A program made the translations under genes and the position numbers. This document shows, one piece after another, positions 11,749 through 24,657 of a stretch of DNA of 64,000 nucleotides; the first letter of the stretch is position 1; each line of letters starts with the position of its first letter. Origin of the DNA: Octopus vulgaris (Eukaryota); NCBI GenBank assembly GCA_951406725.2, contig OX597831.1, positions 30,008,001 through 30,072,000 on the forward strand. Direction: 5' to 3'. The notes beneath the pieces are model-generated. The model was not told the origin of the DNA. It did no database searches and saw only the letters and a list, made by a program, of their open reading frames with translations.

Positions 11749-13383
11749 GATGGCACGTAAAAAGCACCATCCAATCGTGGCCATTGCCAGCCTAGCCTGG
11801 CCCCTGTGCCGGTGGCACGTAAAATGCACCATCCGTTCGTGGCCATTTGCCAGCCTCACCTGGCCCCATGCCGGTGGCACGTAAAATGCACCATCCGTTC
11901 ATGGCCATTTGCCAGCCTCACCTGGCCCCCATGCCGGTGGCACGTAAAATGCACCATCCGTTCGTGGCCATTTGCCAGCCTCACCTGGCCCCCATGCCGG
12001 TGGCACGTAAAATGCACCATCCGTTCGTGGCCATTTGCCAGCCTCACCTGGCCCCCATGCCGGTGGCACGTAAAATGCACCATCCGTTCGTGGCCATTTG
12101 CCAGCCTCACCTGGCCCCCATGCCGGTGGCACGTAAAATGCACCATCCGTTCGTGGCCATTTGCCAGCCTCACCTGGCCCCCATGCCGGTGGCACGTAAA
12201 ATGCATCATCCGTTCGTGGCCATTTGCCAGCCTCACCTGGCCCCCATGCCGGTGGCACGTAAAATGCACCATCCGTTCGTGGCCATTTGCCAGCCTCACC
12301 TGGCCCCATGCCGGTGGCACGTAAAATGCACCATCCGTTCGTGGCCATTTGCCAGCCTCACCTGGCCCCATGCCGGTGGCACGTAAAATGCACCATCCGT
12401 TCGTGGCCATTTGCCAGCCTCACCTGGCCCCCATGCCGGTGGCACGTAAAATGCACCATCCGTTCATGGCCATTTGCCAGCCTCACCTGGCCCCCATGCC
12501 GGTGGCACGTAAAATGCACCATCCGTTCATGGCCATTTGCCAGCCTCACCTGGCCCCCATGCCGGTGGCACGTAAAATGCACCATCCGTTCGTGGCCATT
12601 TGCCAGCCTCACCTGGCTCCCCATGCCGGTGGCACGTAAAATGCACCATCCGTTCGTGGCCATTTGCCAGCCTCACCTGGCCCCCATGCCGGTGGCACGT
12701 AAAATGCACCATCCGTTCGTGGCCATTTGCCAGCCTCACCTGGCCCCCATGCCGGTGGCACGTAAAATGCACCATCCGTTCGTGGCCATTTGCCAGCCTC
12801 ACCTGGCCCCCATGCCGGTGGCACGTAAAATGCACCATCCGTTCGTGGCCATTTGCCAGCCTCACCTGGCCCCATGCCGGTGGCACGTAAAATGCACCAT
12901 CCGTTCGTGGCCATTTGCCAGCCTCACCTGGCCCCCATGCCGGTGGCACGTAAATGCACCATCCGTTCGTGGCCATTTGCCAGCCTCACCTGGCCCCATG
13001 CCGGTGGCACGTAAAATGCACCATCCGTTCGTGGCCATTTGCCAGCCTCACCTGGCCCCCATGCCGGTGGCACGTAAAATGCACCATCCGTTCGTGGCCA
13101 TTTGCCAGCCTCACCTGGCCCCCATGCCGGTGGCACGTAAAATGCACCATCCGTTCGTGGCCATTTGCCAGTCCCGTCTGGCACCTGTGCGGGTGGCACG
13201 TAAAAAGCACCCACTACACTCACGGAGTGGTTGGCGTTAGGAAGGGCATCCAACCGTAGAAACACTGCCAGATCAGACTGGGCCTGATGCAGCCTTCTGG
13301 CTTCCCAGACCCCAGTTGAACCGTCCAACCCATGCTAGCATGGAAAGCGGACGCTAAATGATGATGATGATGATGATGATGAT
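11749..13383 (+). mobile_element. RTE-derived 3' tail element (family B) with an expanded internal repeat
   Basis: Ends in the family B terminus (gcacccactacactcacggagtggttggcgttaggaagggcatcc...gcatggaaagcggacgctaaat(GAT)n). Confidence 0.85.
11811..13191 (+). repeat. 63-bp minisatellite, ~22 near-identical copies
   Basis: Unit ggtggcacgtaaaatgcaccatccgttcgtggccatttgccagcctcacctggcccccatgcc at 61-64 bp period, plus one diverged unit at 11749. Confidence 0.97.
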
Positions 13384-13404
13384 ATATATATATATATATA
13401 TCTT

Positions 13405-13592
13405 ATCATCATCATCGTTTACAGTCTGTTTTCTATATTGGCATGGGTTGGACAGTTTGACTGGTGTCTGGGAAGCCAGGAGGCAGCACCAGGTTCCAAT
13501 CTGATCTGGCAGTGTTTCTACAGCAGGATGCACTTCCTAATGTCAACCACTCCTAGAGTGTAGTGGGTATCTTTTATGTGCCACCAGCACGG
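13405..13592 (-). mobile_element. Family B tail, inverted relative to the adjacent copy
   Basis: gcatgggttggacagtttgact...cttcctaatgtcaaccactcc; tail-to-tail with 13190-13383. Confidence 0.8.
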
Positions 13593-13966
13593 GGATATTT
13601 ATAAATATATATATATATATATATGCAAATATGTACTACACTTTGATCTTAGTCAAAAGGGCATATACATATGTTTGTGTTCTTGAGCAAGACACTTTAT
13701 TTCATGTTGCTCCAGTCAACTCAGATTGCAAAAATGAGTTGTACCTATATTCCAAAGGGCCAGCCTTGTCACATTCTGTGTTGCACTAAATCCCCACCCC
13801 CACAAGAACTACGTTAAGAGTACACATGTCTGTGGAGTGCTCAGCCACTTGCATATTAATTTCACTACCAGGCTGTTCCATTGACTGAATGCACTGGAAC
13901 CTTCATTGTTGTAACTGACAGAGTGCCATTTTTTTTTATATATGCATATAAATATATATGTATATA

Positions 13967-14034
<68 letters not shown>

Positions 14035-14039
14035 CAAGT

Positions 14040-14710
14040 TCAGTGACAGCACCTCATGACTGGCATCCGTGTTAGTGGAGCGTTAAATGCACCATTCAAG
14101 CAAGATCGTTGCCAGAGCAGCTGACATAAAAAGCACCATTCGAGCATGATCACTACTGGCGTCGCCTTACTAGCACATGAAAAAATTATTGGAGCAAGGT
14201 CGTCGCCAGTGCCACTGAACTGGCTCCTGTGCAGGTGGCACGTAAAAAACACCATTTGAGCGTGGTCGTTGCCAGTACCTATTTCTTTATTACCCACAAG
14301 GGGCTGAACATAGAGGGGACAAACATGGACAGAAATAGGTATTAAGTCGATTATATCGACCCCAGTGCTTAACTGGTACTTAATTTATCGACCCCGAAAG
14401 GATGAAAGGCAAAGTCGACCTCGGCGGAATTTGAACTCACAACGTAACAGCAGACGAAATACCGCTAAGCATTTCGCCCGACGTGCTAACGATTCTGCTA
14501 GCTCATACCGCCTGACTGGCCCTCATGCCGGTGGCACGTAAAAGCACCCACTACAGTCTTGGAGTGCTTGGCATTAGGAGGGGCATCCATCTTTAGAATC
14601 TCTGCCAGATCAGACTGGAGCTTGGTGCAGCCACCTGGTTTGCCAGACCTCAGTCAAATCGTCCAACCCATGCCAGCATACAAAGCGGACATTAAACGAT
14701 GATGATGATG
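14040..14710 (+). mobile_element. Family B element with several diverged ~60-bp internal units, interrupted by a SINE
   Basis: Repeated (gg)tggcacgtaaaaa(g)cacca motifs, family B terminus and (GAT)n tail. Confidence 0.8.
14280..14505 (-). mobile_element. SINE family C nested in a family B element
   Basis: tatcgaccccgaaaggatgaaaggcaaagtcgacctcggcggaatttgaactc (B-box-like GAGTTCAAATTCC on minus); TACC at both junctions (14276-14279, 14506-14509). Confidence 0.85.
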
Positions 14711-14717
14711 AGGGGGA

Positions 14718-14761
<44 letters not shown>

Positions 14762-14764
<3 letters not shown>

Positions 14765-15125
14765 CACGGGCATGGCTGTGTGGTAAGAAGCTTGCTTCCC
14801 AACCACATAGCTCCAGGTTCAGTTCCACTGCATGACACCTTGGCCAAGTGTGTCTTCTACTATAGCCTTGGGCCGACCCAAGCCTTGAGAGTGGATTTGG
14901 TAGACAGAAACTGAAAGAAGCCCGTCGCATATGTGTGTGTGTGTGTGTGTGTATTTGTGTGTCTGTGTTTGTCACCCTGTCATTGCTTGACAACCACTAT
15001 TAGTGTATTTACATCCCCATTAATTAGTGGCTCAGCAAAAGAGAAGGCTTACAAAGAAATGTTCAACTAAAGGCAGTACTACAGTATGGCCACAGTCAAA
15101 TGACTGAAACAAGTAAAAGAAAAGA
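14762..15125 (+). mobile_element. SINE family A, near full length
   Basis: tRNA-like head, central (TG)n, tail caaatgactgaaacaagtaaaaga. Confidence 0.85.
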
Positions 15126-15147
15126 ATATATATATATTATATATATA

Positions 15148-15179
<32 letters not shown>

Positions 15180-15264
15180 CACACACATAGATATAGTGTT
15201 TTTTATTGTTTTTTGTATTTATATTCGTATTTTTGGGGTTTTTTTTGTATTTATATTCATGTAA

Positions 15265-15500
15265 CATCGTCCGTTTTTCCGTCCTTGTTTCATATACATT
15301 TGATCCTTTTTCCAAGGAATCTAATGCTCTTAGCTTAGTTTTTCCTTGGGGCTGGCCAGATTGGAGCAATCTCAAGATTAATCAGCCGAAATTGCAAGGA
15401 TGATCCGGTTCTTGACTGAAGATTAAAGGCATTGAATGACCCATCCGTGTTTTGTGTACCGTCTATTTGGATGTTTTGCGTTCTTGTCCCATTTTGTATA
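15265..15500 (+). repeat. Interspersed repeat family D (other copies 22675-22960 +, 35715-35835 -)
   Basis: ccaaggaatctaatgctcttagcttagtttttccttgg...gatgttttgcgttcttgtcccattttgtat shared between copies; lies next to (TA)n. Confidence 0.75.
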
Positions 15501-15541
15501 GTCTGGATAGAATTGACATATCAGTTCCATTCTAGCAAAAA

Positions 15542-15579
15542 CTGTCCGATGAACGGCAACAGGAAACTCAGAGTAACAG
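15542..15579 (+). ncRNA. Minimal hammerhead-like motif, CCGA core variant
   Basis: CTGT-CCGATGA-acggcaacag-GAAA-CTCAGAG-TA-ACAG; stems I and III pair, stem II is degenerate. Confidence 0.55.
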
Positions 15580-15770
15580 GTTTTGTCGAATTTTCTGCTT
15601 CTTTAAATTTGAGTACTCTTTTTTCCACCTTGTTTCACATTTATGTATTTACTCCGGTATATATATATATACAGAGAGAGGGAGAGAATCAGATAGATAG
15701 ATAGATATAGATATACATACATATTCATAAATACATACACATATATATATACATATGTATGAGAATGTGC

Positions 15771-15805
<35 letters not shown>

Positions 15806-15994
15806 TATATGAATTGTCTACTTCTCTCACACATGCATACACATACATACATGTCTATGCATGTGTATACATACCTACATGCATACATATATACTGATGT
15901 GTCCATCCTGTCTTGTTTTGCATGCCTATAACAGTTTAATATATACACACGTATGTGTGTGTGCATATGTATGTACACACATGCATACACACAC

Positions 15995-16032
<38 letters not shown>

Positions 16033-16719
16033 GAAATCCCAACCTTTTCTGATAAATTCTATTGAAATAAGAACTGACATTTGCACAACACTTGAGGATA
16101 TTTCTGTTCAATGACAGATCTTTATGTTGTTGGTGTTGTTATTGTAGTTGGGGGTGGGGGTGATGGTGGTGTGGAAGATTCCATGATAGGACAGTTGTTA
16201 TTGGTGGCGGTGATGGTTTTGGAGGTGGTGGTGAAGGTAGTGGTGGTGGTGGTGGCGGTGGTGATGCTGGAATTGTTGGTGGTGATGATACTGATGATGG
16301 TGGTGGGGGGTGATGGTGTTGGCGGTGATGATATTGATGATGGTGGTGGTGGTGGTGATGGTAACCCTGAAGTTGATGGCATTGTTGGCATGGTTGTGGT
16401 GGTCGTGGAAGAACTGCTGGAGGTGGTAGTGGTAATGAAGTGTTGATGACAATGACAGTGTTGGTGGTAGTGACGGCAGTGGTAGTTGTGGTTGTGTCGG
16501 TGGTAGTGTCTTCGAGGTGGCAGAATTGTTGTTAGTGTTGATGTCACAGCGGTTTTAGTGGTGATGGTCATGTTGGTATTGGCCGCAGTGTCGATGAAGC
16601 TGTCGCCATTGTCATCATTATTGTTGAAAGTTCATCTGCCGTTTTAAAGGCAGGCGTTTGATAAAGGTCAGATATAAGGGACTACTATATTAAATAAGGT
16701 CAACTGACAAGATAGAATT

Positions 16720-17160
16720 TCCCTGACTGGTTCATGTGGCCCTTATTTTAATAACAGTAGGGAGTTTGACAAAATCAGAGACGTACAGTCGCTATTTTAT
16801 ACAGACTAAATGGCCTCTGACAATAGAGAGAAAGTTAGAAAAAGGGGATAGAGCTATAGTTATATATGTGTTACAGCTGATTTTGACCCTAGGTTAAAAT
16901 CGTAGGGAGTTTAAGAAAGGGGTCAGAGCAGCAGTTATATTTACATCACAGTTGATTTCAACCCTAGCTTTAAAAAAAACAGTAAGGTGTTCGTGTAAAG
17001 GGACAGAACTGCAATTATATTTGTTTAACAGCTGATATGGAGCCCAGCTTAAAACTGCAGGGAGTTTCGGAAAAGGGACAGGGGCTGAAATTATATTGTA
17101 TAAACAGCTGATTTCGATCCCAGCATAAAAACAGTGGGGACTTTTGTCAAGCAGATATAG
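16720..17160. repeat. Degenerate ~76-bp tandem repeat (4 clear copies plus ~2 decayed)
   Basis: acag(c/t)tgat at ~16873, 16949, 17028, 17104; the first three are followed by cc(c/t)ag..aaaa..tagggagttt..aaaggg.caga...ttatatt-like sequence and the fourth is truncated. Confidence 0.7.
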
Positions 17161-17164
17161 TAAA

Positions 17165-17300
17165 TAGTCCACGTGACTCACTCGGACGTTTTTGATTGGT
17201 TCATTGGGTTTTGTTGTGTAACAAAGCCAGTATGAGATGGAAATCCGGCAGTGTGTGCTGCCAAGTACTGCCAGAACCATTTCTGATGACTCACCACTGC
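17165..17300. promoter_or_regulatory. Candidate cis-regulatory cluster (E-box, two AP-1 sites, inverted CCAAT boxes)
   Basis: CACGTG overlapping TGACTCA (17170-17180), GATTGG and CATTGG, and a second TGACTCA at ~17287, all in apparently non-repetitive sequence. Confidence 0.35.
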
Positions 17301-17448
17301 TGATAAAATGTCAGCTTCACTTACTAACAACACTACTCTCTCTCTCTCCCCTACATCTTCCCCCTCCTCTCCTATTTTCCCTTTAAATGACTGATTCACT
17401 TTTTGTAGCTCTTTGTTAACCCATCCTTGGATCTTTCTATCTGTCCGT

Positions 17449-17520
<72 letters not shown>

Positions 17521-17733
17521 ACCTATCTATCTATCTATCTATCGATTGATTGCGCTATCTATCTAGTCAGTCAGTTAGTCTGTCTGTCTGTCTATATCCT
17601 ATTAATTTATCTGTCTTTCTGTCTGCTTCAGTCTAACACTCTATTTGTCTCTCTGTAGTCTATATCTATCTGTCTGACTGTCCCCTTCTCCATGTTTCTC
17701 ACTGATCTCTGTCAGTCTCCATCCCCACCCCCA

Positions 17734-17810
<77 letters not shown>

Positions 17811-18113
17811 CTCCACCTTTGGTTCTTCCTGTCTGTCAGTTATCTGTTTTTGTCTATCTATCTACTTGTTGTCTATACTTTTTTTTGTTTTTATGTGTGT
17901 GAGTGTGTGTGTATTTATGTGTGTCCACATGTACATACATACATATCTATATATAGAGAGATAGACAGACAGACAGAGAGAAAGATATGTGTGTGTAATT
18001 GAATATATAAATATATGTATGTATATACATGTATGTCTGTATGTGTGTCTGCATATATATATCCTTAAAAATGTTTCAGCTCGAAAGCTGCGGCCATGCT
18101 GGGGCACCACCAT

Positions 18114-18144
<31 letters not shown>

Positions 18145-18419
18145 ACACACACACACACATATATATATATACATATACACATACACACACATACAGTATA
18201 TACAAAGCTTATTTAAGACTTAATAATATGATAATAATGGCTTTTAATTTAGGTAAAAGGCCTTCAGTTTTGAGGGAAGCAATTCGTTAACACCACTGAC
18301 TCCTGTTCTGGATAAGCATTTTTATTTTATCAACCCCCAGAGGAATGAAAGGCAAAGTAGATGTCAACAAGGCTTGAACACATATTTTTTTCTCCTTGCT
18401 GAGTTTGAATGAAGGGACA

Positions 18420-18790
18420 TAGCCCATGACTCTTGTAGGTATTCCAGGAAGGCCAAGACTGATTTTGCTAACATTCTGTAGAAAATGCTGGAGGTCAATA
18501 GTGGGAAATTGATTCCAAAGGGATGATGTACAGGGGATTAAGGATTAGGCACAGTGGTTAGTAATGGAAGAATGTAGAGGAGGAATGGTCAGGGATGCCC
18601 TGAGGGGTGGAATAATGAATCCAGCTAGCTCTGAGGAGTGGAGGACATTATTGTAGCAATGGAATAGAGAGGAGAAACCACATGCTTGAGTGCCACTCAG
18701 TTGAGTGGCCCTTCTGTTGATATGATATCAGTGTGCATAACAACACCACCATGCTAAATATGGGAGAAGCACTCCACTGGGGATGAAACA
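18420..18790 (-). pseudogene. L2/CR1-like LINE 3' fragment, highly decayed
   Basis: Minus-strand remnants resembling ...SSELAGFIIPPLR...TSSLWNQ...TIDLQHF, typical of CR1/L2-group C-termini. Confidence 0.5.
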
Positions 18791-18837
18791 ATATACTACA
18801 GTTACCCTTGTAACATTCAGATTACCCTGTCAAATGT

Positions 18838-19181
18838 GAAGGTGCATGGCTTAGTGGTTAGAGCACCGGGCTCACAGTCATGAGGTAGTAAGATCGATTC
18901 CTAGCCCAGACAGTGTGTTGTGTTCTTGAGCAAGACACTTTATTTCACATTGTTCCAGTTTACTCAGCTGTAGAAATGAGTTGCAACATCACTGGTGCCC
19001 AGCTATATCGGCCCCTTTTGCCTTTCCCTTGGATAACATCAGTGGCGTGGAGAGGAGAGGCTGGCATGCATGAGCGACTGCTGGCCTTCCATAAATAACC
19101 TTACCTAGACTTGTGCCTCGGAGGGGTACTTTCTAGGTGCAATCCCATGGTCATTCATGACCGAAGGGGGTCTTTACCTTT
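18838..19181 (+). mobile_element. tRNA-derived SINE inserted in a piggyBac-type MITE
   Basis: Head gaaggtgcatggcttagtggttagagc...gatcgattcc; flanked by ttac(c/t)ctgtcaaatgt duplication (18822-18837, 19182-19197). Confidence 0.8.
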
Positions 19182-19380
19182 TTACTCTGTCAAATGTAAT
19201 GCTTATTTATTCACATTGTTTTGAATTAATCATGTATTGTCTCACAGCTTTCAGATGTTGATGATGTGATTGTCTATTTTTAGAATGATACTACAGGCTA
19301 TGTGTGAGAGGCCAGATCCCAGCAGTTTGAACATAGAACAGGTAGAATGTGTGGTGGGTTGGATATGGCTGGTTTAACCA
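19182..19380 (+). mobile_element. piggyBac-like (TTAA) MITE family body (related copies ~24857-25075, ~62530-62750)
   Basis: Shared ctgtcaaatgtaatgcttattta...ttttagaatgacattgtagg...gtgtgagagg...; related copies begin ttaaccc or end aaagg(g)ttaa-like. Confidence 0.6.
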
Positions 19381-19686
19381 TTTAGCATTCAGATTACTCT
19401 GTTGACCTTTGAAAGAAAGAGGGTGACCTTTAACATTAGGTTTACTAAAACATTGTATACACATCAACATTGTTGAAACCAGGCTGTGGTTTCACTTTGG
19501 TGGTGGTGGGGTGGGGGTGGATGATTGCAACAAGAACAACAACAGAAACAAGAAAGGTTCAACCTGTTAAAAATAGAATTAGAAGACAGATTTTGTCTGT
19601 TCTCTGCTTTAATAATAATAATAATAATAATAATGATGATGATGATGATGATGATGGTGATGGTGATGATGATGATGATGATGATG

Positions 19687-19720
<34 letters not shown>

Positions 19721-20328
19721 TAAATTCTTTTATTGGCCACAAGGGCTGACAAATATGATTGGAAAACATAAAGGGACAAAACAGGATGAAAGGTTACAAA
19801 AAGTTTTGTCCGTTTTTCGAAAGAAAAAAGTCCGTATAAACAAGCTTTATAACAACAAAAATTCAACAATTTACAAAAACTCTCAATAGAGGAGATGCTT
19901 CGAAAAAAAGAAAAGGTCTCAATAATAATTCTTTCTACAATAGGCACAAGGCCTGAAATTTTGAGTCGGTTACATTGACCCCAGTGCTCAACTGGTACTT
20001 ATTTTATCTATCCTGAAAGTATGAATGATACAGTCAACCCCTTCACCATTCAAGCTCAGAATGAAAAGAAAGATGAAATGCCAACAGGTATTTTGTCCTG
20101 TGTCCTAATGATCCAGCTGTCTTGTTGTCTTAACAATAATAATAATAACATCGTCATTATCATCATCATCATCGTTTAATATCCGCTTTCCATGCTAGCA
20201 TGGGTTGGACGATTTGACTGAGGACTGGCGAACCAGATGGCTGCGCCAGGCTCCAATCTGATCTGGCAGAGTTTCTACAGCTGGATGCCCTTCCTAACGC
20301 CAACCACTCCGAAAGTAACAACAACGAC

Positions 20329-20383
<55 letters not shown>

Positions 20384-20386
<3 letters not shown>

Positions 20387-20926
20387 GCCCTGATGCAGTA
20401 CCAAACAGTGGCTCTCATGGCTTCTAATCTTAACTGATTGGAAGTTTTATCATGTACATTGTTTTGTCTTGGTATAAAATATGGGCTACAGCAAATATTC
20501 TGCTCAATACCACAGATTTGCTTGTCAGTTGTTTGACTTTAACCATTTGAGCACGTCCCTTAGTGGCTGACGACATGCGTATCTCTGATCATGAGCAGAA
20601 GTAGTGGGGGAGCATCATTGCCATGTGCTGAAAGGAATTCTTAGAGGTTTGGATAATTCACCTTTGGAAACATCCTTAAACAACCCTTATTCAGGGACCT
20701 TTTGAGCGGGATGGGTTACTCAACCAAAAGAAAATTCTAACTGGGCCCCACCTGCATGGTCACGCACTGTTTATCTTGATATGAGATCACCATGTCACAC
20801 ACATATGGTTGTGATGCATGTGTCTAGTGTACCCTTATCAGACGAGTAGTCATGATGGGTATACTGGGCTTTGTATATTTTACCCCAGTGTCAGTTTGAT
20901 GGCATGCACTACTCTCTCACTCAAGA
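20384..20926. mobile_element. ~540-bp non-coding element inserted within (AAT)n
   Basis: Complex sequence with (AAT)n runs directly on both sides (20330-20383 and 20926-20958). Confidence 0.5.
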
Positions 20927-20964
20927 ATAATAATAATAATGATAATAATAATAATAATTATTAT

Positions 20965-21835
20965 TATTTCTTTATTGAGCACAAGGGCCACACAAAACAT
21001 TTAAGACAATAAATAGACAAAGGCAGTAGAGGTCTACTTAGAACCATGTGTTTACATAAAAAGACAATAAAGACAATAATAATGAACAAAACAATTCTAA
21101 CAAATAAATTTTCCAGTAGGGGCAGGGAAGCCACAAAGAGGCAACCAAAGAAACCCACAAAACCTGTGTGACTCTATTCATAGGGAGTGGAGGCGCAATG
21201 GCCCAGTGGTTAGGGCAGCGGACTCGCGGTCATAGGATCGTGGTTTCGATTCCCAGACCGGGCGTTGTGAGTGTTTATTGAGCGAAAACACCTAAAGCTC
21301 CACGCAGCTCCAGCAGGGGATGGTGGTGATCCCTGCTGTACTCTTTCACCACAACTTTCTCTCACTCTTACTTCCTGTTTCTGTTGTACCTGTATTTCAA
21401 AGGGCCGGCCTTGTCACTCTCTGTGTCACGCTGAATATCCCCGAGAACTACGTTAAGGGTACACGTGTCTGTGGAGTGCTCAGCCACTTACATGTTAATT
21501 TCACAAGCAGGCTGTTCCGTTGATTCGGATCAACCGGAACCCTCATCGTCGTAACCGACGGAGTGCTTCCCATTCATAGGGAACACCATGACAAGTGTTT
21601 CTTTTTCCACTGTACTCTTCAACCTACAGGCACTGGCTTAGAGTAGGTCAACACACTTGGGCCTTCCTTGCCACATTCATTCAAATTTCAACAAATTTAC
21701 TGGGGGATCTAGGACAGCACATCCCTCTTGAACCCTATCTTAATTTTGAAATGGAATTCTAAAAAGTCAATGAGGGCTTGGCCGTCCACCAAACAACCAC
21801 TTTTGCCATGGCCATCAGACAGAGAAAAAATGCCT
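20965..21835 (-). pseudogene. L1/Tx1-like LINE 3' end with UTR, interrupted by a SINE
   Basis: Minus strand FLCLMAMAKVVVW...GQALIDFLEFHFKIKIGFKRDVLS, followed by a UTR ending near aataaag. Confidence 0.55.
21187..21571 (+). mobile_element. Full-length tRNA-derived SINE (OR-type candidate) with 11-bp TSD
   Basis: A box TGGCCCAGTGG, B box GGTTTCGATTCC; TSD ATTCATAGGGA at 21176-21186 and 21572-21582; CpGs largely intact. Confidence 0.9.
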
Positions 21836-22070
21836 GAATAATAAATAGTTAAGTGATAAAACATATGGTCAGGACAGAATATTAATTAGCTAAAGAGAGA
21901 AATAATTATTTCTATAATTAGTGTAATGAGGTGTGGGAAGGAGAAGGGAAAGCCAAAAAAAAAACAACTTAACTATGGCATAATTATGTATACATACAGG
22001 CATACACAGATATAAGTATACACACACACATACATATATATATATGTATCTATATCTACCTATCTACCTA

Positions 22071-22106
<36 letters not shown>

Positions 22107-22187
22107 CATACACATACATATATATATATATAAATTATTAATTTATTATATGACAGAACGCACGGATTCATTTCTAAGTAAGATTGT

Positions 22188-22257
<70 letters not shown>

Positions 22258-22258
22258 G

Positions 22259-22317
<59 letters not shown>

Positions 22318-22375
22318 TTTATTTTAAGCAGCAGAAAATTCCACCTTGTTTCACATTTATGTGTTTACTCCGGTC

Positions 22376-22464
<89 letters not shown>

Positions 22465-22954
22465 CACATAATCATCATCATCGTTTTATGTCCGCTTTCC
22501 ATGCTGGCATGGGTTGGATGGTTTGACTGAGCACTGGTGAGCCAGAGGCTGCAGTCTGATCTGGCAAAGTTTCTACAGCTGGTTGGCATTAGGAAGGCCA
22601 TTCAGGCGGTTCTGGCAGTGACCATACTCAAAAGGTGTTTTTTTGTGCTCCTGTTATTATTTCTATTGTATTTGTGTAACATTGTCCGTTTTTTTTCTGT
22701 CCTTGTTTTTGTATACATTTGCTGCTTTCTTCCAAGGAATCTAATGCTCTTAGCTTAGTTTTTCCTTGGAGCTGGCCAGATTGGAGCAATCTCGAGTATA
22801 ATCAGCTGAAATTGCAAAGATAATCTGGTACTCGACTGAAGAAAGAAAACTACAAATGACCTGTCCTTGTTTTCTTTGTATCGTCTATCTGGATGTTTTG
22901 TTGTCCCATTTTTGTATCACCTGTCTGGATGTTTTGCGTTCTTATCCCATTTTG

Positions 22955-23010
<56 letters not shown>

Positions 23011-23216
23011 GTATGTGTATGTATGTATGTATATATTTATGTGTGTGTGTGTGTCTGTGTTTGTCCCCACCATCATCACTTAACAACTGTGACAAATATT
23101 CGATAAAAGATAAAAGATACGTATACACATTTACATACATATAAACACACATACATACATTTACACACACACATACACTCACTCATAAATATAATATATA
23201 TATATATACATATACG

Positions 23217-23520
23217 TGGAGGTGTAATGACCCAGTGGTTAGGGCAGTGGACTCACGGTCGTAGGATTGCGGTTTCGATTCCCAGACCGGGTGTTGTGAG
23301 TGTTTATTGAGCGAAAACACCTGAAGCTCCACGAGGCTCCAGCAGGGGGTGGTGGCGATCCCCGCTGTATTCTTTCACCACAACTTTCTCTCACTCTTTC
23401 CTCTGTTGGCCAGCTCGCTTAGCCAGCAGGATGGCATCATTTGAAGGCTAAAACAAAGTGAAGCGCATTGTGACCAGCGATGTGTAGCAACATCTGATGG
23501 CCTGGTCGGTCACATGATGA
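23217..23520 (+). mobile_element. SINE with the same head as 21187-21571 but a different 3' tail
   Basis: First ~180 bp match 21187-21368; the remainder matches the repeat at 63385-63497 (minus). Confidence 0.8.
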
Positions 23521-23576
23521 TCTATACATATAAAGATAGATAGAGATAAATATATACATACATCTATATACATATA

Positions 23577-23609
<33 letters not shown>

Positions 23610-23726
23610 GTTAGTTAAGTTAAGTTAATTTTTTGGCTCAAAAAGCAAGGCCATGTAGGGGTACATGGAGTTATGAACAGGGAGGGTGTTCATGCAAAGA
23701 GTTCAAGCCAATACATACATACATAC

Positions 23727-24129
<403 letters not shown>

Positions 24130-24491
24130 TCTATAAAGACAGAGGAGACACCAGTCTCTAGGGGGACTGTTAAAATGAAATTGTAGCTAGTCCTTGTTAT
24201 AAAGTGATTAGTTGCTGAGAACCACAAGAGTGGAGGCCTTTAGTCATGGAAACCATTCCAAAATAAACACACACACACACACATGTATGTATGTATATGT
24301 ATGTATATATATCACATGAACCATAGGAGGTGTCTAGAAATGAAGGAGATACTGTGATACTTGGCTAATTCTTTCATACTTAAATTAAAGGTGACATCAC
24401 TCCAACTCCTACACCCCCACCCTCCACCCTACCCCTACCCCACTATCACCCCCCACCCCCACCCGTGCCAACCCTGCTGCTGTTCCCTTCT

Positions 24492-24504
24492 TGACCTTTG
24501 ACCT
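24492..24504 (-). promoter_or_regulatory. Perfect nuclear-receptor DR1 element AGGTCAAAGGTCA
   Basis: TGACCTTTGACCT on the + strand, in a unique island between microsatellites. Confidence 0.4.
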
Positions 24505-24565
24505 TTCGGTATCTAGATCAGGTGGATTTTTTTTTTGACAATAGACATGGTAGTTCTCACTACAG

Positions 24566-24657
<92 letters not shown>

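Noticed and set aside
11749-13191. CRISPR-like array or repeat protein (ORFs up to 317 aa)
   Set aside because: Units are near-identical with no unique spacers, there are no cas genes, and the context is eukaryotic. The ORFs arise because 63 bp is a multiple of 3, and they shift at homopolymer indels.
15340-15430. Hammerhead in family D repeats (cagcc-GAAA-TTGCAA and a downstream CTGAAGA)
   Set aside because: The core elements cannot be arranged into a valid type I, II or III topology with paired stems.
16111-16571. Val/Gly-rich or Thr/Pro-rich (mucin-like) ORFs
   Set aside because: Degenerate (GGT/GAT)n trinucleotide repeat, open on both strands, with no splice or signal support.
21190-21262. 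tRNA gene
   Set aside because: The tRNA-like head continues into a SINE body with a TSD; there is no proper acceptor stem or terminator.
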